A stretch of DNA of 64,000 nucleotides. It comes from Tubiluchus corallicola. Its lineage: Eukaryota > Animalia > Priapulida. Positions 53,637 to 64,000 of this stretch are shown piece by piece (position 1 is the stretch's first letter; each line of letters opens with the position of its first letter). The notes under the pieces were generated by a model, which saw only the letters and a program-made list of their open reading frames with translations, did no database searches and was not told the origin of the DNA. A program made the translations under genes and the position numbers. The DNA lies in contig JAQGDQ010000220.1 in NCBI GenBank assembly GCA_030141605.1, positions 163,786-227,785 of the forward strand, read 5' to 3'.

Positions 53637-54002
53637 TATAATATAATGTAATGTAATGTAATATAATATAAAATATAATATAATATAATATAATATAATA
53701 TAATATAATATAATATAATATAATATAATATAATATAATATAATATAATATAATATAATATAATATAATATAATATAATATAATATAATATAATATAATA
53801 TAATATAATATAATATATAATATTATATAATATTATATTATATTATATTATATTATATTATATTATATTATATTATATTATATTATATTATATTATATTA
53901 TATTATATTATATAATATAATATAATATAATATAATATAATATAATATAATATAATATAATATAATATAATATAATATAATATAATATAATATAATATAT
54001 AA
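53637..54002. repeat. (TAATA)n microsatellite with an internal inverted block
   Basis: (TAATA)n to about 53820, (TATTA)n about 53821-53910, then (TATAA)n. Confidence 0.97.
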
Positions 54003-54410
54003 TCTTGTCATTTTTTATTTCATTTTAGTGCTGTATTTGTATTTTATATGGTCTTTGCTACTTAAATAAAAAATTGAATTGAATTGATTTGAATAAGGTC
54101 AGTTAGGAAAATGAGCCTAATGTTAATTAAAACTAAAAACTGTTCTGACGTTAAAGTAGTAAAGGAAGTCACTGTCAACGTACATTAGTAAAACACTCGT
54201 AAACCCGAATTTCAACTTTTTAGTACACGTCTGTACATTAAATTAAACAGCTAATGCAATCAGTGTATGTTAATAATAATACTGAAAACCATTATGAAAT
54301 TCAAAAGAAAAGGTTGCGGAAGTGTAGTCGTTTTGTTATATGGGATCAAACACTGGAAGACTACGTGGATGATAATGCATGTTTGACAGTTCTCGATGCT
54401 GAGTCCTTAA

Positions 54411-54999
54411 AGGCAGAAAAATCGCCTTAAAAAATTATATTACTTTAGAATTTTTGTTTTCATTTTACATCTCCCGCAATATTATTCGGGCCGCGCCACT
54501 ACACGACGTCATATGCGCACAGCATAAATCATGGGAAGAAAAGGAAATCTTAAACTATGTCCAAAAAAAAAACTTTCCATGCAAAGTTATATTACATTGC
54601 ATTTCGCTTAGCATTGTGCTGGAAAGACTTATGTAACTAGAAAAGAAAAATATTAATTATTTAAAATGTTTTCACCAATTGGTAAAATATCATTGACTCA
54701 CCTCCGTATTTTTAATCTTACTGACAAGACACGGTAATTTAAAATTTTACATTGTTAGTGACGTGTGTGAAACGATTGCTCTGATTATTTTTTCAAACTT
54801 TGCTCAGTATTATCTAAACTTGGTTCAAATGTCGTCAAAATGGCTGCGTCTGACGGTCATCTCGGGAGTTTAAATTTACATGTTTTATACAGCGTTGCTG
54901 ACGACGTAAGCCCTGCATGCAAAATGGCAGTGTGTACAAGGTATAAAATTCTAAGACGAATATTTTAAGCTTTATGTAAGTGGAGGGTTTTCTTGTACC
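54411..54999 (+). mobile_element. MITE family B, apparently the most complete copy
   Basis: ttaa|AGGCAGAAAAATC ... GGGTTTTCTTGTACC|ttaa with the shared core. Confidence 0.7.
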
Positions 55000-57900
55000 T
55001 TAACGGATAGACCTTCTTTTTAAATATGGCGCCCAAACATACGAATCCTGCGAAAGTGAAGTTTCCCGTTTATGAAAACCACAGAAACTCAGTTGACAAA
55101 CTTAAATCATTAAGTCACGCGCAGTAATACTACCAACATGCCAACTTGAAAAACTTGTTACCGCAGATTATTACCTTATGAAACGTAATTTTACATGAGA
55201 ACGTTGAGGGTAATCAGGCAAGAAATGGCATAATGGGATTTCGAGGAGAAAGATGAGTATTTTCTCAGCACTTCAGTAACGTTCTGAACAACGGTCAAGT
55301 CTTCAATCATCCGCTAGAGGCGCTTTACGGCTAACGAGATTAGTGTGCAACAGCTTCGTTAGCGTTTTTAAGTCGTGGCGCAACAAAAGCCTTATGAACT
55401 CACCAAAACTATTGTTGTTGTTTACAAAAATCTTACTAAACTGAAACAAAGCATTGTTTAGGACATATCAACAGAAACTGATAGCAATAACAAAAACTGT
55501 AGATTCTTAATTGCAGAGAAATAAAACCTTAGGAAACTAAAAAAATATAACCATTGTTGTTCTTGTTGCAGTTCACAAAACGATTTAACTCGTAAATCAC
55601 CCTCTAAAGGCATTTGTCCCCAATCAAATAAAAGAATTATAAATGCTACAAAGACCAGTTTAAGGTGAATGCAAAGCACAATAGGCAAAGTTTTGCCTAA
55701 CAAAGTTTAGTTTCTCAACTGGGTACAACCACGACAAACCAAAAATATCAGTTGCAAAAAACCGAAAACACAGTGAAAGTATTATTTTTTATTTATTTAT
55801 CTCTTGTAATTACATAATAATATGAAGTACATAAACAAACTAAGTTATTACTTATTAGTAGTTTAAAGAGTGTGGCGAAAAAACCGTAAACGTTAGCGAA
55901 TCAGCCACCAAACCGTGTTTACCAATTCTTGAAATGCACATTTCTTTTAACTTTTAAGTAATTCACTTGGACACTGAATTATCCCTAAGTGATAATAACA
56001 ATGTTTAGTATTATTATGCTGCCTAGCACAAACTTGAAGGAAAGAACAAGTCACTCAGTCTGTTGGGTTTATTTTACTGTTATAACTTTAAATTAGAAAA
56101 ACGTTACAAAGAAATTTGCAAAAAACTGCCTATGAGGCATAAATTTATAATATACTACCTCTGAACAGAAATTTTCAGACGTGATATTTGCCGCCATTCA
56201 CTTGAAAATTATGACGTAACTGGGAGACTTCGTGACATTTCGTAAGCACATCATGGCTTTGGGTAAGCGCGCGCTGCTTAAACTAATTCAAACTTAAGCA
56301 GCTTACCTAATATTCACACAAAAATATTACAAAATTAGCTATCTACCCTTTTGTAAAAATTTATTGTACTTTTGATGAAGATTGAGTGCCCTACTTTTCT
56401 TCAAGACGAAAGATGTCATTAGAAGAAGAATGGGCATTGAAAATGGGAGCGCCCAAGCATGAAATGATCGCGACTTTAAAGTGATTTTACTAGTTACATG
56501 AGGTAGTGTTATTGCAGTGTTATTACTGAATCCTTCTAACATTTTTCGCGAACATTGTAATAAGGATAACTTTTCAGAAGGCTTGGTCTTTCCTGAAAGC
56601 CCAATTCATCAGTATAAAATTTCCAGTACGGTAACAATGTTCGCAAAGAAAGTGGTACTTTGTTCACTGTTCAATTGTCTACACTAAAGAGGAGAACGAC
56701 TTCTCCGTCACTCTTTAGCAAAAGACTCTTCCTCTTCATTACAACCCCAAGTAGATTAAAGGAAATATCAGTATCAATACTCAATACGTATCTTTGCTCA
56801 TGGGGAAAAAATAACCATCACAGGAATGTTCTCCTTGTCAATCACGTTTTAAATCAATCTAAATTAACTTTATTTTAAACATGACAATTTTTTATCATTA
56901 TTATTAATAAATATATCATTCTATTCTAGTAGAATGGGACTGGATAATGCTGAACATGGATAATTCTACATGAACTTGTTTATTCTAACTAAGCTAAAAC
57001 TCTGCCCGCTACTAGAATCATTTTACGTAAATTGTCTAGGAGAGCTTGAAATTCCTAACTGACGTAGCTATTTTCATAACCAGAAAATGAGGACCCAGCT
57101 TAAACTGAATGTGGTGCTTTCTTTCTGGCAATTTTACTGCCAGAAGTCTGAAGAATGTGAACAAACACACTACAGGCTTTGAATGCAAATTTTATTACTA
57201 AATGTCCACACAGCCACGCCAAGACTTGAGGTTACCAGCACGTTTACGTCTACAAACTGAAAGGAAGTGTCCAAATTGCCCCGCTGCGCAGGGCCTTTGT
57301 TTGTGACCATTTCCTGACAATTTTGGAGCGCTTAAGTATCATTTAAACGTCATTTAATGGCCCGGACATTTGCCAACTTTGTGATGAATGTTAAAAACAT
57401 TCTGTTTTCTTTTTCCCTTCACGATCTGCACTGTTACAGTGCCGCCCAGAGTAGAAAATAATTGTTTCTTGCCTCAGAAAGAGGCAAAAATACCCGCGGG
57501 GCCGAGCTCGTCTGTTGACATCAAAGCCGACTGACTCGATAACTCATCCCCCTCTGATTGCAACCGATGCAAGGAAATTCAACAGCCCGCGATAAATTAA
57601 AGACGTGACATCATTAACGGAGATGACAGATTTCTCCGAAGACGCACGCACTGCTGCGCCAACGACCAGCTTCAAAAACAAACCGGCGACGGAGAAAATT
57701 TACTTACAGGCCTAGAATGGATGACGGGGTAACCAGCAAGGGAGTCTCGACTTACTACTACACGGCAACCCAGTACTAGATATGCATGGCTCCCATTAGC
57801 AGGTTGACATAGTAAATAATAATTCGAAACCAAATGCATTTCAGGCTATCGATTCTCCAAAACCGAATTTATTCAGTTCAACTGTATTACTATTAACAGT

Positions 57901-59799
57901 CCTGTGAAAGGCGCTGCTGTTATGATACGCAGCATATTTCGCGCAGCACGCATCGTATCTAATCGGAAGACGCAAGTCGTTTAAAATGAACCAGATTAGA
58001 AATTCGCTGAAATCGGCGAGATCATAATGGAGGAATAATTATTTTTTACGGCCGCCAGAGAATAGGCGGATGGGCAATAAACCTGCACCGAATGCAAATT
58101 ACGCAGTCTAAGTTTTTAGCACATTACTGTAATATGAACGCGTGAAATTACAAATGCAGGCAGATTGGATTTTTGCAAAGGCAAACCAGCCCAAACATTC
58201 AATTAGAAATGCATCTTGATATATATAATAATAATAAATCTAATTTATTTTCCAATTGCAGAAGTACAATACATTTTTTACACATAAATACCCTACATGC
58301 ATAATACATGAAATATAGCAACAGTTATTATCACACAAAAGACATAACAACAGACAAAAGTCCATATTGGGATAGTGAGCCAATGAGAAAAAATTAGGAC
58401 CCGAGGAAATCGGTTTCTCGGTGGTCCAAACTTAGTTCGTATTTAAAAAGTCCATGGTTCAAAACAAGCCCAAATTTTAAGTCGAAATCTTTTCGCAATT
58501 CACCTTTCAGTTAAGATTAGTATAAACTGTTAACTCTAGTATCATTTCCTTATTAGTCGGCTTTAATTTTACATCTAAATAATTTACATTATATACAAAT
58601 AATTTACTAAGAATGCTCATCATACAAAATTCTATTCTTTAGAGAAAAATATTATGAAATAATTTAAAAAGAAGCTAAGCCAGAAGAATGAAAGCAGCAA
58701 ACGTGTGATTGTTTTGTTGAGGCACTTTTCACATTTTTCGATTTTCATTGTGACATCTTTTCATAAAAAAAACGAAATTTCATAATCTAATAAGCCAAGA
58801 ACCGTACAGAACAGGAGATCTTTCTCATGCTAACTTCACTTCCGATTTCTCATTGTGGCAAAATTTTCTCTAAACTTCAACTGAAAATATGCTGTATGTT
58901 GTCTTTAATTGCTGTGATTGTGATACACATCACCTATACTTTATGGGTAACTGAAAGGAAAGAAATTATCCCAGCTCATTAGGTTACACAAACCCAAAGC
59001 TGGCCTTTCAGGGGAATAGACAATTATTGTATTTTCCTGGTCCATAATGAAATGAAATGCTGCTCTAACTGGCGAATGCACTAACTACATTCATATACAC
59101 TCATCTCATTTCATATGATCATTTGGGTTAGAAGGTCTATACATCGATCTTCCACTTGGGTATAAACATGCTAATTTAGAACAGTGGGCGGCTGGCCCAA
59201 CTCTGACTCAACTTTCCACAAATTGACATAGGGCATCAAGACCAAAAAAAAGCTTTAACTGAAGCAATACAACAAGGCTGCTACTAAAAGTGTTTTTAAA
59301 ACTGTTAAAGAGCGACACAACGTTCAACTTCAGCTTCGTCAGTCAACTATTATAAAACATATAGCTACAGCACGTCAAGTCTGAAGTACGCACGCCCATT
59401 CATGGATACGCCTCAGGAATCATCGATCAGAGCCAACCAGATTAATCACAATGCCATAAACTATAATTCTGCACAATTTTAAGACGAATAAATCTGCAAC
59501 TGTGAGAGCAAGAGCCCGACGGGGCTGCTGCTGATAATGTTTAAACTTGGGCTTAGCCAGCCGTTCAGCAGCAAGCACACGCGCTCATGTTTGCTTGGGG
59601 GGTTGGTAATATCACCAGCAACCAATAACAATTTACATAATCCAAGTAATAAAGTTACCAAGGAAAAATTAAATTAGTTATGGGTAAGCAAAGTTCTTAC
59701 AGTTAACCTCAGTTATTTTGGAAACTATATATCGATTGTGTCACTAACAAAAGCCTAAACAAATTGCTTACACGTAACTTATAGAATGCAGATATCTGC

Positions 59800-60480
59800 G
59801 TATGGAATTATAACTTGGTGAAGCGACAGCAGATAGTAAGATTAGCGCAGCACGAAACTAGACAAAGACCATAACGGATGAAGTAACAAACAGAACCCGA
59901 AGAACATGACCCCCCTCTACTGAAGCCTGGACAGATCGTAAACCAGCTGAAACAAAATCCATCAGTAGAAATAAAAGACCATTGCATCAACGGTTGGTAG
60001 TAACAAATGAGGCAAAAACTGATTAACCATGATGTAATACATTATCCGAGAAAACCAAAACCATCGGAACAAGAGCCCTTGGACGCAGTACTTGCCATGG
60101 CAAAATATCACCGGAATGGAGACCAGGACGGACCACTGGAAAAATAGAGTGAGATAAAGTACCAACCTCACAGAGAGTACTAGAGTAAGCAAGGTAAAAC
60201 ATGAGTGCCAGGCACAATACCAGTGCACAAAGCTCGACTGTAGAAAAACCAGAACATTCTGAATTCCGACTCTGCACATCACGCCAAACCAGGTAAAAAC
60301 AACCAAGGAAGAAGAGTGACAGTGACAGTCCAGAAACAACATACACATTCTGACGATAAAACAAACATCTAGAACAATTAAAACAAGCCTTTAAATATAT
60401 AATACCACTTCAGACAAAAGATCAACAGAAGTAAAAGAGGAACCACCAGAAAAAAGGCTACTAGATTAAGCAAATAAGAA
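59800..60480 (+). mobile_element. Possible decayed LTR-retrotransposon internal fragment
   Basis: ataact-TGGTGAAGCGAC resembles an LTR end plus PBS; decayed HDPPLLKPGQIV and KYHRNG resemble Gypsy integrase C-terminal motifs; A-rich strand bias. Confidence 0.3.
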
Positions 60481-62530
60481 AGTGAAAATCTCTGTCCATT
60501 TACAAGTCACTTAAATTTATTAAGTAAACTTACTTAAAGAAATTCAAAGTTATCTTTAGTACCAGAAGTTTGGTCTGTAAACTGGCTAAACCATATCAAA
60601 CAAGATCTTAGCATTTTTACTTCATTTAAAATGCTCATTGTACATTACATTTATTAGATTTTTAAAATTCTCTCTTTAAGATTAATCTACGATAAACGCC
60701 ACATCGTCACTAAAAATGCACAATTTTTTTATTCGAAAAGTACTTTTGGAACACAATTGCAAAATTTCCTTAAAGTTACGAGCAAAAATGGAAACCACAT
60801 AAAGTCTACCAGCAGAAAGAAGTTCAACATTTCTTCGATGGGGAAAGCAATACAATGCAAAAGCAATACCAAACGGGATAAAATGAAGTTAGATCTTTGA
60901 AGGCTTGTAACTATTTTGATCATTTAATGCTAATTATAATCTTTACGGGAACCTAAGGTTTACAATAAGCATTGATACAACAGCATGGGGTAAAGTGAAA
61001 CATTTACGTGTGAAACTGATCCAAATCAATCCTATTGTGAATTTTAGCTGATTATCGCCCACGGTGGGCCGCTTAGTGCCGCTTTATTAGCATAATAATG
61101 TCGTCAATGTAAACGATATCACACGGCAACGCGTGCCTCCATATTTTAGCATATTTAATAAGCACCGCTAAGTGTACTTCGCTGACAACTGCACAATGCG
61201 TAGAGAAATCTCTGACAATACCAGGGTCGGGGATCTGTTACACTTAATGCAGGGAAGTCAAAGTTTGCTTAGTATAGATCTATTGTTCTCCGTGGAAAGT
61301 GTTAAGTCGAAATCCGGACGACAGGTGTCGCGTGGACAAAAGTGAACAAATAACGGCCAACGTGCAGGACAGCTGCCGTCTGAAGAAGCCGTTACCTTCC
61401 GCCGTCAGGAGACTGTTCCGCCAATCATACGCTTGTCAGGTCTCGTACAATCACGCTTTTAATCAGATTTGCAAGGGAAGAGACAGCACCCTCGCACGGG
61501 ATTTAGATGCTGGCTACAAAAGCCGAGAAGTAATACATGACCCGATCCATAAATGAAAGCAGGGATCAATCAGCAAAGTGCTTCTTCAGCAAATCTCTAT
61601 CAGCTCAATATTGGCGGCTTATCTCTAATAGAAATATAAATAATGCTCTACATTCTTAATCCCACAAAAGCTTTTAATTAAAGTAGAGACGCTCGCATTC
61701 TTTCCATAAATGGGGTTCCTACACGCGGAGAATGCCACGGTCGTTTTAGAAAAGCCGATTATTCTTGGAATAGCGATTGTGTGACTACAGAAAGGCACTG
61801 GAATCGACGGTAACGGGTGGATTTTTCCAGAAAGCTAGTGTAGCGCACAATGTAACATTCTGTGTAGTAATGTATGTAATTACGTAAAAATTATAGCGCC
61901 GCTTTAAATGTATAATTACGAGCATAAAAAGCCTTTATTAAAATATCGCAAAATTATACGTTGAGTTTATAATGAGCTCTCACGTCCCTAGCTGAGACAT
62001 TCTAAAGGTTTGAATGCTTTCATTAGGAAAATACAACAACCGGGCCATTGGCTGTAGGTAAAAAAGACGCAGCGTGGCGCTGTTGCCTTTGGTGACACTT
62101 ACCACTGAATTTTTTGTGTCACATGTCAGCATATGCAGCAGAGTTAATCACACGGTACTGGTCTGTTACATACCATGTATCAAATAGCCCAATTTATGAC
62201 AGAAGAGCACGCGAAAACGTAACACTTGCAAAAATTGATCTAGGTTTGGCGTGCAGTTGGTGTACGTCGAGAATGTGAAGTGATCCCCGGGGGTTTCCTG
62301 GCCATTGTCCTTCGTCAGGAGAACGAAAGAACAATGTGTTCCTCCCCACTATGGCTGTAAAGTGAACGACCAAAGCCGTAAAACAGTTTTTGGGAGGAAA
62401 ATGATCGCAAAAAATCTCAACGAAGGTATAAAAGACCACTACCACATTCCCGTGAATGCACAAGTAAATCAAATAGCTAGGGAAACGTACAATTTGAATA
62501 AATAGATATAATTTATACATCAGTGTCACT

Positions 62531-62900
62531 CAGTGGCGTAGCTAATAGGGGAGCAATTGCTCCCCCGAGTACATTTTTCAAAATTGGCGCCCTTCGACAG
62601 CGCCAAAACTCATTCATTTTGTTTTCATTGTACATTTAAAATTAAGGTAATTAAATAACACATGTTTTTATTATGTTTTCAGACGTATGAGCTTGCTGTA
62701 AAACTTTTATTGTGTTTTAATTTTAAATACGAAATAACAATTATGTACTTGCTTTAAAACTGCATCTTCCTCGTGTTTTGATTTTAAACACGAAATTAAA
62801 ATGTATAATCAATGCGTTAAAAATTGTTTGGTATGTGTTTGGTATCGCGCCTTTTTTATGTGCTTGCTCCCCCTAACTTTAGAAGCTAGCTACGCCCCTG
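62531..62900. mobile_element. 370-bp hAT-like MITE
   Basis: TIR CAGTGGCGTAGCTA / TAGCTACGCCCCTG; perfect 8-bp TSD GTGTCACT at 62523-62530 and 62901-62908. Confidence 0.92.
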
Positions 62901-63502
62901 GTGTCACTGTAATATTCTCACTACATCAATACACATATAGTACGACTTTTTACGTAATTAATCTTGAGTCTGACTTAGACTAGAAAGAATAACATAGTGC
63001 ACATGTAAAAAGCAAAATTAGTGCTCGTGGCAGAATAAAACGGCTCCGCTGCATCATTAGTCATTTGATCGGTGCCCCAAAATAAAAGTAAAGTGTCACT
63101 GAGCACAGAATTAAATTACATCTTAGTCATCTATTCTATAAAAATAGGGGAGTGTATAGATCCTAAAAAGTGGGAATACTTCTCACTTTATTCATTACTG
63201 TAATCACTTTACACGGTATTTCAGTATTTATGATGAAATAATGAAGAAAGTAAAAGAATAAGTGGTCGAGTGAATGAATAACTGCACGGATCAGGAAATA
63301 AATGAATACACGCAAGAATAGAACAAGAAAAATTACAATATGCTAACGTGTCATGCAGTTTGCAGCAGACCACACCATATCACCCCATAAAGATAGTGAA
63401 TTTCTAAAAAGAAAGCCCCTATAATAACTCCAATAACTTGTCATATGACATTGTCCGAGATTTACACCTCGGTTTCTGATTACTATGACCTTCAAATGAA
63501 TG

Positions 63503-63770
63503 TAGGAAAGTTTTGTACAAGTAAATTTGGTATAGGTAAGTATGGTACACGTAAGTTTGGTACAGGTAATTTGGTACCATTATCTTTAGGTGCAAGTAAT
63601 TTTTGGTAGTAGGAAAATGTGATACGGGGAATGTTTGGTATCAGGAAAATATAGTACAAGGATTGTTTAATACTAAGACATATTGGTACAAGGACGTTTT
63701 GGTACGAGTAGGATATGGTAAAGAGAAAAATTTTGTACAAGAAAAGTTTGGTACTGGAAAATTTTGTACC
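63503..63770. repeat. Degenerate tandem array of about 15 bp
   Basis: GTAAATTTGGTATAG GTAAGTATGGTACAC GTAAGTTTGGTACAG... Confidence 0.85.
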
Positions 63771-64000
63771 AAACGAAAAAGAAAGGATTTCTGTATCTCA
63801 GTATAAAATAATTGTTTCAACTAGAAAATAAAGAAGTTTTATTCAGTAGAGAGGAAATTTGGAACTAGGAAAGTCTGGTTAATTACAAAATTCATAAAAC
63901 ATCACGATTAACAGTGCGTGGCAGCGAAAATTTCATTCGTAATTAACCTACCCATGTAGGTACATTTGAGAATTCTTTCAGCAAAAAATGAAAGGTCTCC

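Noticed and set aside
57702-57810. Strong minus-strand GTAAGT donors as a coding exon end
   Set aside because: All three upstream frames contain stops; only a non-coding exon remains possible and is unsupported
22427-61572. Recurrent Pbx-type TGATTGAT sites (22427, 25716, 28563, 30936, 35017, 61565)
   Set aside because: A rough estimate at about 35% GC expects 4-5 by chance in 64 kb, so six is not enrichment

Overview
AT-rich, intron-rich animal (probably invertebrate bilaterian) genomic DNA; not prokaryotic, so most of the supplied ORF track is noise. Two genes point tail-to-tail. (1) On +, the last three coding exons (828-969, 4385-4554, 5100-5344) of a divergent nuclear receptor ligand-binding domain, most like NR3 (ERR/ER/steroid receptor). 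(2) On -, 19 coding exons (47623 down to 11218, about 942 aa) of an ASH1L/Ash1 H3K36 methyltransferase: FxLP MRG15-binding motif, AWS, SET, post-SET, bromodomain, PHD, BAH and the C-terminal motif. I assembled all exons by eye; every junction is GT-AG with consistent phase. The 5' parts of both genes lie outside the window. Introns and the intergenic space hold many non-autonomous DNA transposons (hAT-type with 8-bp TSDs, TTAA/Kolobok-type, Harbinger-type, TA/mariner-type, some nested), tRNA-derived SINEs, LINE relics, minisatellites and microsatellites. I cannot demonstrate a wholly new biological system. The best candidates for a second look are the atypical nuclear receptor, a U6-like relic, a 1-kb intronic inverted repeat and lineage-specific changes in ASH1L. 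Comparisons with human proteins and consensus sequences are from memory, not from a search.
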